Positions 50,203-62,995 of a stretch of 64,000 nucleotides of DNA are shown here, piece after piece. This stretch comes from Carcharhinus amblyrhynchos (taxonomy: Eukaryota). Each line of letters starts with the position of its first letter. Position 1 is the first letter of the stretch. A program made the translations under genes and the position numbers. The notes under the pieces were generated by a model. The model saw only the letters and a list, made by a program, of their open reading frames with translations. It was not told the origin of the DNA and did not search any database. The stretch lies in assembly GCA_965287045.1 (NCBI GenBank), contig OZ336873.1:98084001-98148000 (forward strand), read 5' to 3'.

Positions 50203-53200
50203 AGGATCTTTCATTTTATAGTCATTAGACAGACTTGATTTGGGAAAGATTTTCACTATGAAGTAAAGGGTATCAGAAGCATACATGATATCAGAGATAA
50301 TGACACAGGAGAAGTGAAAGAGATGTGTAAGGAGGAGAAGCTCCAACATCACATAAAGATCCAATGTGTAAGTAGTTACTATAAATAAAGAATGCTTTTG
50401 AAGGTGGTTCACCCTACACAAAATAGTTGTTTGTGTAGGCAATTCTTAAAGTCCCTGCTCTGCCAGTGGTAAATGTAAATTCTGCCTTTGGCAAAGGTGG
50501 ATGCCGTTTTCTCTTGACACACGATGCAGAGCACTGCACCCAGCCATACGAACCAAAATGTGATATTCACAACAATTGAGTAAGCGCTAAGAGGCAGAAA
50601 GTGAAAGTCATGCGCTGTGACTTTCAATTAATTGCACAGTTCACTTAACAAATAAGGGGTGGACTCCACAGCACTAACAGCCGAGGGCATTCGGAAACCG
50701 CCTGTTCTTCATATGGTTCTTTGTTAGTATACATAGAATAAAATGCTATTTAGAACTTGCACTTTGTAAGAAGCTGTTGTAAAGATTGGGGGCTGCTTGA
50801 TGCACGCTAAGTGATCAGATGTGTGCATTGCTGAAATAAAAATGTTAATATTCACCTGCGTTTAAAAATTGAGGACTGCTTTGAAGTGTCCCTATCTAGC
50901 ACTTATGTTATTCTGAAAAGCTGTGCAAATTGATTGTGAGCCAAACAAACAAAGAGAAACAAGTTTATTTTTCCCCCATTCAGTTCCTACTTATCTAACT
51001 CTGTTTGCTTTTTTCACTGATAAAGTTTAAGTGTTGGGCAATGGTGACCCCACACAATCCAGTGTGTAGCACATGTGTCTTGTGAAAAGCTTATCTCTGA
51101 TAGCTTAATAGCTGCTTTAGTCATACTTTGATAGCATGTTGCTCAATTATTAAAGCCTAATTTGACTTCAACAACAAATTCTGATACACAGAAAAAATTG
51201 AAGAGTAATTTGAATATTAGCTCACGTCAACCTCCACTGGACACCACTCACTGGCTGATCTGTTGCTGGGAATTGATTCAATACCTACCAACATATTATT
51301 GCACAATAAAAAAAATTAAAAGGCCCTTGAACTACAAAACAAAGTTGGGGGCTACATTGATTACAAGAGGAATTAAACTATTATGTTTAGTGTATTATTG
51401 TTTTGAAATCACACCTTTGATGAACAATTATGTCAGACCTCCTTGGTTATGCAGATGAATGATAAAGATCAAAGGGCTTCCCTCAGATAAATAACATGTT
51501 CTTCTGGTTTCCTGTTCAAAACATTGTACCCTCAGCCAGCATGACCAAAAACAGATCAATCTGTGGCTGTTTATGGAAGATTATTTTGACTAGATTACTA
51601 TAATAACTGCACAAGTCATTTGTTTAAAGTGAAATACTTCGGAAGTTTCAATCTGATTGGATGCTACATGAATGCAAATATGGCGTCCCTTCGTTTTTAT
51701 AATTTGATATTTGCCCAATAATTTTTCTTTTGTTGAATCCAGTATGAAATGTTGTGCGGTTTCATCCATATCCAGTATTCAAACTAAAGAAGTCAAATGT
51801 TTCTGTTCACACGTTCTGTAAAAAAAAGTCACACATTCGAGAAGATGAGTTAATAAGCAGCACAGCAGATATTAGTATGAAAGTATTCCATTTGGTTCAT
51901 TCTGGGAATGACCTTGAGCTATTCACACACTTGCAAATCAAACTGATATTTAAAAATATATGCCATGTCCATTTCAGCCAGTTTCTTGTTAACAAAGTAT
52001 GTTTTAAACATTTCAGAGCTTTATTTCTTTGTCATATTGATGTTGACCAAACTCAAGACATGCTAACTTATTGAGAGAATTCTGCTCTGGGTCTTTTTTG
52101 ACGCACTGTATAACTATGAAGCAAACAAACCGTGGAGCAAGGATCTTATTTTGCCTACTTAAGGGATTCAAGGTTTAGGATTTCTTCACAGAACATTGTT
52201 CATTACTTAGCTCCTTCTAGCAGTTGGCTAGAACACAGGAAGACACTGTTCTCATCAGTTTATTTTTAATTAGTGTTTTGAACGTTTTTTTTTTCCATTT
52301 TTGGGAGTTCAAGATTAGATTCAGGATCCACACAGCCGTTTCACGCTGGAAAAATAGACAAATAGATGGGAGACTTTTCTGAGAATAGTTCTAAAAACTG
52401 TTGTGGTGGCCTGCTGAACCCTCTCCTCCACCCCTTCTTACCCTGGGGCAGACTGGTGATGAATTTGGGGCTTTACTTGTGTCTGTGCTGTAATCTATTT
52501 ATTCAGTGAGCTATTGAAGTAGCTGAAAATATCATTTGGTTTCAAATTGGTGTACTCCGAGTGTTTGAATTGCCACGCTCTTGTCTTTCACCCAAGAACT
52601 TGGACTCTAACCTGCAGTTACTAATATCAAACAGAGTACTTACTTTTACTTGAAACTGCATGGTATTTATTGAAGAATGACAAACATTTTAATAAATGAA
52701 ATAATCAAAGGAGCATTTCTTTTAAATTAGCCAACAAAAAGCAAATATTTGAGGTCCCAGTACCTCTGAATTTCCTTCCCTCAGCTTTATTATTCCTACT
52801 ATCAGAAAACGTGTGCTAATATTTGGACCACACCTTAGTGCAAAAAGCAATCCAGTCTTGTGTATTCTCCTATTTACAAAGTATTTATTGACTTGGCCAG
52901 AACTTATTCCAAAGGAACTCATTATCTGACCCGATGTGTTGGCTCCTCTAACCAGGAGGCAGAGACCAGAAAAATTTTCTTGCCATTGTTCTGTTGTCAG
53001 GAATTTCTACCTCTCAGTGCTTAGAAGGAAGCACAAACAAATGTGATGAATGGGTAAAAATCTAATTATTTGAAGGGCGATCAATAGCTTTTCCAACCTA
53101 AAAATGCAAGGGTGTATACCTGTGGTTTTTGAGAGACCATTGTGCAACAAAGTGGCCGTGTATGAGGCAGTGAGAAAGGGTCACTCATTTTAAAACTCAA

Positions 53201-53679
53201 AGAATACTGATTGATGTTACCATCCTTTTCTTTCTCTGCAACCTTTTTAAATATTTTGTTTAAATAATAAGTTTCAATGCTATTCTCAGGAGTTTTGATT
53301 TGAAGGAAGTGTCAGAATGGTCCTCAAGAGTTTGTATTATTAGTGATTGGGGGTGTTGCACAGATTTGCATTGTCCAACAGCTAGGCCGTGTACACACAC
53401 TGATGAGACTGATGGCACTTTCTCTCCCTCCTTTTCAAATGTTAGTACAACAATATTTCAAGTCATAATGCAGCTTCCCCATACAACCATTAATATAGAT
53501 ATTTATTTGCTAAAAGAATTAGCACATAAACGTAAGTGCTTAACAGGCTTGTGATTTGATGTGAAAGAAAGCCGTCAATCCAAACCTTTGCAGTTATTTC
53601 TTCAGCATGTCGTTTTCATCAACTGTATATTTCTTCTTTTTTGCCCATTAAAACCATTAATTTCTTATTTACATTTGTC

Positions 53680-56212
53680 AAAACTTGGATAGCCAGGTGG
53701 TGAAGGATTTTGGAAACAGTGGTGATGGTATTATAAAATATGTTAGTCATGCAAAAGAAAAATAAGAAATCAAAACTAAAATAAATTTAACTGGAAAAGG
53801 ATGAATCTTAGTAAAGTGAAAATGGATCTGTCCCAGGTAAGTTTCACAGTATCTTATAACATCATTACCAGTGTTGCCAAAATGTTCCTCTACTGACACC
53901 TGGTCTAGTTGATCCATCTCATTCTCCAGAATTAGATCCAGCATTGCCCCCTTCCTCTTTTTCCAGGTAAATAGGAATAAAAGATTAGAAGACAAAATAT
54001 AATGGAACGCTGGGCTATCTTTAAAGAGGAGATAGTTCAGATACAATCAAAATATATTCCTACAAGGGGAAAACCAGAGATCACAAGATGACAAAACAGA
54101 ATAAAATGAGGCAGCAGAAGAGGGTGTTTGGCAGATGTCAGGTTGATGAAAGGAAATGAAAGGCAAATAGAGTATGAGAAAACACTCATACTCTAGGTAT
54201 GGCAGGTGACATTAAAAAGTAGTCGATTGCATATAAATAGTAAAAGGATAGTAAAGGCAGGATGGGGCTGAATAGGGAACCAAAAGGGGATTTATGAATA
54301 AAGGCAGAGGGCATGGTTGAGATACTAAGCGAGTACTTTGCATCTGCCTTTACTAAGGAAGAAACTCTGCCAGTGTCATAGTGAAAGAGGAGTTTGTTGA
54401 AACACTGGATGGGCTAAAACATTGATTTTAAAAAAAAGACATTAGATTGACTGATGTACTTGAGATTGATAGTTACCAAGCTCTGTTGGGATGCAACTGA
54501 GGATATTGAAGGAAGTAGTAATGGATATTTCAGAGGTACTGATCTTCTAATTATCCTTACATACAGCTTGGTGCCGGAAGAATTAAAATGTTGCATCCTT
54601 CCTTAAAAAAGAATGGAAGGATTAACCCAACAACTTTAGACCAGGGAGTTTAAGTTTGATAGTGAGAAAGCTTTTAGAAACAATTATAATAATTAAGAAA
54701 AAAATTAATTTTTAAAGACAAATCATTCTTCACTAAGTTAATCGAGTTTTTTGATGAGGTAGCAGAGAGGGTTGACGAGGATAATGTGGTTGAAGTGGTA
54801 TATATGGACTTTAAAATTGTATGATAAAGGACCATGTTATTACTTGTCAGAAAAATTGGCACAGTGGTCAACATTGCTGCCTCACAGCCCCACAGACCTG
54901 GGTGTGATTCGAAGCTTGGGTCACTGTCTGTGTGGACTGTGCACATTCCTTCCGTGTCTGCATTCGTTTCCTCTGGGTGCTACGATTCCTCCCACAATCC
55001 AAAAGACGTGCTAGTTAGGTGCATTGGCCATGCTAAATCCTCCCTCAGTGTACCCGAACAGGTGCCATAGTGTGACAAAGAGAATTTTCACAGTAACTTC
55101 ATTGCAGTGTTAATGTCAGTCTACTTGTGACATTAATAAATAAATACTTTAAAAACTTGGATGCACAGTTGGCTGAATGTAAAAAAAAACAAAGTAATGC
55201 TAAACAGTTGTGTTGTGAACTGGAGAATTGTATACAGTGGGGTCTCAGAGGTTGTTACCAGGGCCACAGCTTTTCTTGATCTGTCTTAATGATCTAAGCA
55301 TGGATATACAAGGCACAATTACAAAATTTCCAGATGACGTTGAAATTGAGAGTATATTGTACCGTGAGAAGGATATTGATATGCTTCAAGAAATCATGGT
55401 GAGGCTGGTGGAATGTGTGGACATGGAATATTAAACTTAATGCAGAGAAATGTAAAGTAAAATATTTTGTGAAAAGAATGAGAAAAGTTAATCTAAAACA
55501 AAGAGCATAATTATAAAATAATGCAGGAGCAAAAAGACCTATGGGCTTTGTATACAAATCCTTGAACTTGGCCAGGTTGGTTAAACAAGTGGTAAAAAAG
55601 GCAAATGGCACGATAGCTTAGAGTACAAAAGCAAGAAAGTAATATGAACTTAGATAAAACATTGACTCAACCTCAACTGGAGAAATGTGACCAATTAGCT
55701 GGTCACTGCACTTTGGAAGGATGTAAATGAAACCTTTATAGAGGCTGCAGAAAAGATTTATGAGACTGGTTCCAGGAATGATGGAATTTAGTTGTATATA
55801 TATAGATTGGAAAAGCTGACTTTTTTGTCCTTAAGAGAAGAAAAGAGTCAGAGGAGATTTGACAAGGCGCTCAGAATTATGAGGAATCAGAAAGAAACTC
55901 CTTCCATTGCAGAATGGTTGAGAACCAGAGGACATTGAATTACGATGATTAACAAAAGGATCAACAGTGACATGAGGAAAGACATTTTTACATAGTAAAT
56001 GGTTAGGATATACTCTGATTGCAACTTTGATGGAATTAGATTTAATTGTGGCATTCTAAAGGGAATTGGACCAGCGCATAAACAGAGGAAGTTTGCAGGA
56101 CTCTTGGAAAAGAATAAAGGAGTGGGACTGGCTGAATTGCTGTTGCAGAGAGTTAGCATGGACACAGTGGGCAAACGGCCTCCTTCTGTACTGTAACCAT
56201 TCTATGATTCTA
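53680..56212 (+). mobile_element. Long CR1 relic (endonuclease end to 3' tail) with inverted segment and nested SINE
   Basis: GAGTACTTTGCATCTGCCTTTACT (EYFASAFT), QGTITKFPDD, tail CCTTCTGTACTGTAACCATTCTATGATTCTA. Confidence 0.82.
54857..55153 (+). mobile_element. HE1/V-SINE-like element, tail type B, nested in CR1
   Basis: TGGCACAGTGGTCAACATTGCTGCCTCACAGC...CTTGTGACATTAATAAATAAA. Confidence 0.88.
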
Positions 56213-56329
56213 AGATTTTGCTGTAGTTCTAGTGCCCTAGGAAGTTATTTAAAGTTAAGCCAGTACCTTTAACTTTTAAAATGTTGCCCTTTCCACTATT
56301 ATCCTGTTTTGTGAGCATTAATTCGAAAG

Positions 56330-56730
56330 GTATTCAGCACTTTTCACAATTTGAGGTGTCTCAAACTACTTCATAGACAATGAAGGACTGCTGATTTTCT
56401 AATCCCTGGTGTATTGTGGGAAACACAATATCCAATTTGTACACAACCAGATCCCACAAATAGCAATGAAATAAAACCAGAATTTGTTCTAATGGTGATG
56501 ATTGAGAGATATATATTAGCCAAGATACCAGGGGAAATTCCTCTGCACTTCTTTAAAACAGTGCCATGAGACCTTTTACATTCCTCTCAGAGGATAAACA
56601 TAGCCTCGGTTTAATGTCAAAACTGAAAGATGACACCTCCAACAGTGCAGCAGTGGAGTGTTGGCCTAGATTTAATGTTGAGACCTGAATCTACAACCTT
56701 CTGTCTTAGGCAAGAGTGCAACAGCTGACA
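56330..56730 (-). mobile_element. Deu-domain SINE relic
   Basis: AGATCCCACAAATAGCAATG...ATTAGCCAAGATACCAGGGGAAATTCCTCTGCACTT...CCTCGGTTTAATGTC...GAAAGATGACACCTCCAACAGTGCAGCA. Confidence 0.7.
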
Positions 56731-57371
56731 CGTATTGACACTTAGTGAAGTATGTCTCCATGGGCACCTAAATAAACGGAGATTCGAACTAAAGACTTTC
56801 TAGTCTGTTTGGCAGAGTGCTTTTATCCAGTAGGTCACTGATAAATCTGATCTCTTTCTTTCTAGTCTGATGATTTTCTGTTTCGCCCCATAGGACAGTA
56901 GATGAACTAAATTACGCAGCTATCACTTAATTTGTTAATCCAACTCCATCTCCTGTTCCAATGTAGAATACAACAGTGTATACATTACAGTCTTATCAGT
57001 ACATGGAATCTCAAAAGCCCTATTATTTTCATCCACATAATTATATGCACTTTGTTATAATTTTCCTGTCAGGAAGCATACCTGGCAACACTGAGCAAGC
57101 ATTGTTGTATGATTAGAAATGTAAACTAGTTCTGGACATACATAGTTTCATACAGTCTCATCCAACGTCAGTAGGCTGGCAGTAGGCCATGGCACACTGG
57201 TGAAATTTGATTGTGTTTAAACCTGCATGAATTATGCCCGTCAACTATTGCCGTGGAACTATTTTGTATATAAAACAAACGAAACTTGAATGCAAATCCA
57301 TCCCCCAAATTACATTCAAAATATGTTTTAAGGAGCCCCAGTGGCTTTGAAGAAATGTATCTGTGCCATGC

Positions 57372-58375
57372 AAACAGCTATTTACCATTTATATAGATGA
57401 TCTGGAGGAGGGAACCGAGTGTATGGTGTCGAAATTTGCTGATGACACCAAGATTGGTGGAATGGCAAATTGTGCAGAGGGTGTGGAGAGTCTACAGAAG
57501 GATCTAGATAGGCTGGGCGAATGGGCCAGGAACTGGCAAATGGAATTTAATGTTGGCAAGTGCGAGGTGGTCCACTTTGGTAGGAATAATGGTAGGAAGG
57601 ATTATTACTTACGTGGCAAAAAACTGCAGCAGGCAACGGTGCAGAGGGACCTCGGGGTCCTTGTGCATGAGTCGCAAAAACCCAGCTTGCAGGTGCAGCA
57701 GGTGGTCAGGAAGGCTAATGGGATGCTGGCCTTCATAGCGAGGGGGATTGAATATAAAAGTAGGGCGGTCTTGCTGCGTCTGTATAGGGCATTGGTGAGG
57801 CCGCAGCTGGAGTACTGTGTGCAGTTTTGGGCGCCATACTTACGCAAGGATATTTTGGCCTTGGAGGGAGTGCAGAGGAGGTTTACTAGGCTGATGCCGG
57901 AGTTGAGGGGGTTGAGCTATGAGGAGAGGCTGAATAAACTAGGCTTGTACTCGTTAGAGTTTAGAAGAATGAGGGGAGATCTCATTGAGACGTATAAGAT
58001 GATGAATGGGATGGATAGGATAGAGGTGGAGAGACTCTTCCCGCTCAGAAAGGACAGTAGGACTAGGGGGCACAGCCTCAAGATAAAGGGGGGGCGGTTT
58101 AGAACGGAGTTGAGGAAGAACTTCTTCACTGAAAGGGTGGTGAATCTCTGGAATTCTCTGCCCGTTGAAGCGGTGGAGGCTACCTCGCTAAATATTTTTA
58201 AGACACGGGTTGATGGGTTTTTGGTAAGAGAGGGAATTAAGGGTTATGGGGAGAGGGCGGGAATGTGGAACTGAGCCACGACAGATCAGCCATGATCTTA
58301 TTGAATGGCGGGGCAGGCTCGAAGGGCTAGATGGCCTACTCCTGCTCCTATTTCTTATGTTCTTATGTTCTTATG
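57372..58375 (+). mobile_element. Young 5'-truncated CR1 LINE with intact RT C-terminal frame (ORF 57363-58274)
   Basis: LFTIYIDDL...SKFADDTKIGG...WQMEFNVGKC...LVRPQLEYCVQFWAP...RVVNLWNSLP with no stops; (TTCTTATG)3 tail. Confidence 0.96.
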
Positions 58376-59009
58376 AACCGTAGATGCCACTTTCATGGGA
58401 CGGGATTTTCCAGTCCTGCCTTTCCCCGGGTCATTGGGTCCAAGTCAGGCACAAGCTGGCTATGAATGATATCTTTTTCAAGGACACTGCAGCACCTGTG
58501 TAACAAAAGACTGGCACATCCATTGACAGTAATGGTGAGCTGGTCATTGGTGTGTTACAATTCTGATCTTTGATGAATGGTATTGGCCATTTGATTAAAT
58601 TATAAAACCTAGGCTTATGTTTCAAAGCACGTCTTCTAAAATAAAAAAAATGTTTTCATTATATAAATATAGGGTCAAACGCCCTCTGCTCAGCGCAGAT
58701 GAGATAGTAGCACATGAAAGATTACAGAGATATCTGACTGCTCATTCCTACCCTTTGCCATTTTCTTGAGGGCTTCTTCATAGGATGGCTAGACAACCAT
58801 CTCTTTCAGACAGGAGCCTAAATTCTAATATAGTAATCAGGGTCCTAACACAATAGGGCCTTGAGACAATTTTGAAGTATCAATGAGCCATGCGTGTTGG
58901 TCCATTGACATTAAGCAGTGAGTAGCTTAGCTAGTGACCATTAAAGGCAGCAAAAAAAAACCATCTGGAGCAAGAAGGAGCATAAACAACATTTGTAGTT
59001 CATCATTAT

Positions 59010-59122
59010 GGGCACAATTTAAGATCTCGCTCAACCGGGGACCAGAAAATCCCACCCAAGATCCTATTGTCCGCCGCTCGTCTGCTCCAACTTTTGAGGC
59101 AGGCAGGGCGGTAGAATTCCAA
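59010..59122. mobile_element. ~115 bp MITE family copy (opposite orientation)
   Basis: Contains GAAAATCCCACCCAAGATC and ends GGTAGAATTCCA; reverse-complement similarity to 47421-47546. Confidence 0.5.
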
Positions 59123-59296
59123 TGCATATGTTGAAATTAAACCTATCCCTCAAAGCAGTTTGGATCAATTAGCAAAGTCTTCTGGCAGATTGTCAGCTTT
59201 TGTCTATATTTAGATAATTAGATATAGCTCTCAATAACTGGGTTGAGTGTAAATATCATGGAAATTCACTTAGCAATCTTTAAGATCCAGGTGTAG

Positions 59297-59563
<267 letters not shown>

Positions 59564-59638
59564 GCCAATACCTGTTGCCCTGACAACGAATGTGACTGAT
59601 TTCTAAAGTGTACAGATGAACAAAGTACTGCCATTATA

Positions 59639-59677
<39 letters not shown>

Positions 59678-62600
59678 CACATACAAATAAACAGGAGATA
59701 AATTACTTCATATTTTTCAGAGGATATATCGTTGGGAGAGAAACAGTTGGTTAACTGGAAACCAATTACGCAAAACATTTAATTCTCAGAAAAAGAGAAT
59801 TTGTATTATTTATTTTTTTATTTCCTGGAAAATGGTCTGTTATCCTATGCCTGGAATATTGTTGAAGAAGCCATTCCAATGTTAAGGAAATAAATTACTG
59901 ATCAGCAATAAATTGGTATTCCTTCACTGCATAATAATCTTGGAATTTAATTAGCCAACTGCCATGTTTAAATGGTCATATAATCAAGGGACAAGACAGT
60001 ACCCAGTGCTGTACTATGCCTTAGAAATGACTAAAAGTTTTACAATTAACCCATTATTCCTCTCCATATTGATTAACAGAAGGTTAACTTGTTCATTTTA
60101 AATTAATTAGCACCTAGTGACAGAGGAGTTTACTATGTACACATTAAGGTTTTTGATCAACCATTGTGCTTTCTCTCTAAAATGAGGCTTGATTGATGGA
60201 GCACAGTTTGGAGAATCAGTACTACAGGATTGTAGCCATATCTGTGGCCTGCAGTTTCATTACGAGGAGCACAGGAATTCTGATTTTATCCTTATGGGTT
60301 AATTAACTTGATGTGTATGCATTAAACATTCTTGTTGTAACATCATTCATCGTCATTTCTTAGTTAATGTTGAAAAAACAATGTTTTATGGCTGCATGGG
60401 AAGATGGATAGAACCAACTACCATTATTAAACTCAAAAGAGAGGCACCGCATCTTCATCTGTAAAAACTAATAATACCTAACATGTTAAAACCTACAACA
60501 ATTGCAGCACAAGCTGATTTAGGAGTGTTTCTCATTCCAACTGCACATTCAGTCTAAACATTTGAACAGCTGTATATATCAGCCAAGCATTGTAGTACAT
60601 CCTAAAGTTCTTAATTCCATACTTTCCTTTGTAAGAGACCAAAGTAAATATTGTTCTCCTACAATGATGAACGATTGAGCAATTATGCTGAAGATTGTGA
60701 AAAATGTCTTAATTTGCAATTAATTTACCCAAAAGTAAAGCTAACTGAATATTACCTCTATTTTGTGCCAAGAACTCCTGTTTAAAGTATACTGTTAGTC
60801 TTTTTATTATCTCGGTGTACATGAATTGCTAAATATTGATTGCATCGACGAGAGGCATTTGAATGTAGACAATTTGCCTTAATTACTAGTTTCAGGTACT
60901 GAACATTGTGAGGAAACATTTTTTTAGCAAGTGTTGGATATAATGCATGATGGAAAGGTGCTACAACTACTCGTGATCATTACCAATTAAAATTATTGTA
61001 ATTGGTGAACATTAGCAGCAGGTAGCCAACCATTGACTGCTGGCTATTCTTCAGGTTATCAATTTTGAATAATTTTAATGGCCTGCTTCAGCATTTTTTG
61101 AAAATAAATGTCCCCACTATGTTTGTACCCCAATTCATCTAGTTTCCATTAACACTGATGTCTGTGAAGTTTTACCAAAAGACTGAACTGATCATCATCC
61201 TGATTTAGGAAAAAATAGTAACCAACAAAGTTAAATGCATGTGCCTCATACAATCTCAGCATTACTTAAAACAGTTATAATGAATATTCTTGCATATATC
61301 ACTGATATTCTTTTGAACATTTATCCTTGTCTGTCTCTGTACTTCACTTAGATATTGTTTTTGTAAAATTAGTGGAAGGAATCACAAATTGGTATTATCT
61401 GTACATGCAAACAATCTGAAAAAACACTGAATGGCAACAGATCGGTAATTTGAAAAATAAATAATGTGCTCCTATCACAGTGCGTGAAAGGATACACGCT
61501 TGATGGTAAGTATAAGCATATGAATATACTGCAGTCATCAAAGTTTATCTGAAAATGCAAAGAGTTGAACTGAGACTTTCCAGAATCCCAGTTAATCAGA
61601 TTCCATTTGGGGACACTTGGCAGTTATAATTCTGAAGCATTTAGGAACTTACCAACACACATCTCGGGGTTTGACATGGTAAGTGCAGACAGACCAGTTT
61701 TAAATTGCTGCCCCACCCCCAGCACCACCTCTCCACAAGGTGGCCCATAATTTGGGGCAAAACCCTTTTACACTGAAAGGTCACCCGGGCCTTTTACATG
61801 GGAATAGGTGTAGGCTATTCATCCCAGCAGACCATTCAATTGGATCACAGCTGATCAAAAAGTGTCTCAACTCCATATACCCACATTCATTTCTTATTTC
61901 CTGCTAAATTCTCATACGGAGGATGTGAATGTTTGAAATGAATAGAAAGAAGATCAGTCCCAACCAACAATGACCTTCGCAAATCTACTGGAGAGAATTT
62001 TATCAATTTGAATGATTCACTATGTGGAGAGACTGATTCAGTAAAGAAGGCAAGTCAAACAGTGAACAACATTAACAACAGTAGTTGTTGGTCCACATGT
62101 TGGGTTTTCCTCACTGTCAGTCAAGGAGATAGTATACTCTAACACTGAAGGACAAAAATGGGATGAAAATCCCCTAAACCACTTGAAAAATTGCAAAAGG
62201 TGAATTTCGGGGACATGTAATCAGCTAAGTAAATCCATGTTAATTCAGATGTTACACATGGAACATGCAGCACAATCAACTTTGATGGAAGATTCAGTGT
62301 GGGATTGTGTATTATTGGATGGAAGGTTTACACTAAATTTTTGGCTTGTAACGTTTTTAATTGTATGTTAGTTTTCTATCAAGCTCCCTAAGAAACATTG
62401 GTATGTAAATATTGGGATATCTAGTAATGTATATAATTTTTATATGTTGTTAAAGTAATGTTTATATTCAGAACAAAGGGGAAGAAAATGGTGGTAGTTT
62501 TGCTTTGGTTTGTTTTAAATGTATCACTTATTTTTATAATGTAGTGTTTCACAAATTTGAAGAAAAAAATCAAAAATATGAATGTTTTAAAATAAAAATC

Positions 62601-62700
62601 TTCCAATATACAGTGATTTCAGATTTTGTTAAAAGCTGTGCTGTGTATAATAAGAGAAAATGAACAAAATAAAAAAAGCTGTTTATAGATGAAACATTAT
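59564..62700 (+). other. Putative 3' UTR of the KLF5-family gene (end inferred)
   Basis: Almost repeat-free AT-rich stretch after the stop. AATAAA at 62591, 62668 and 62749; proximal ones at 59686 and 59889. U-rich/PRE-rich block at 62330-62600. Repeats resume at ~62996. Confidence 0.55.
59642..59676. repeat. (CA)n microsatellite in proximal 3' UTR
   Basis: About 17 uninterrupted AC units ~80 nt after the stop codon. Confidence 0.95.
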
Positions 62701-62995
62701 TCGACTCATTTTCTTGGCCTTCTAATTTATTCCAATGTTTTATCCGTTAATAAAATGAAGAGGCGAGTGGCATAGAGCTACAGGACCACAAAATATGGCT
62801 TCACAGCACTAGTAGCTTTGGTTCAATGGGACCAGTTTAGGAGAAAAATAGCATTCACATTCTCCCGACCATTTCTGGTATTGCCAATATTGAAGGAGTT
62901 CAGTGTGGGCATGCATTTGAGCTATATGGTGTGGGCAGATTTTGATGTCAGTCCGTGTGTACTGCTGACTTGAATCATATGACCTACCATTTTTG

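Noticed and set aside
57363-58274. 303-aa ORF as a host gene or retron/defence reverse transcriptase
   Set aside because: It is the C-terminal part of CR1 ORF2, 5'-truncated, with a LINE tail and many decayed relatives in the window.
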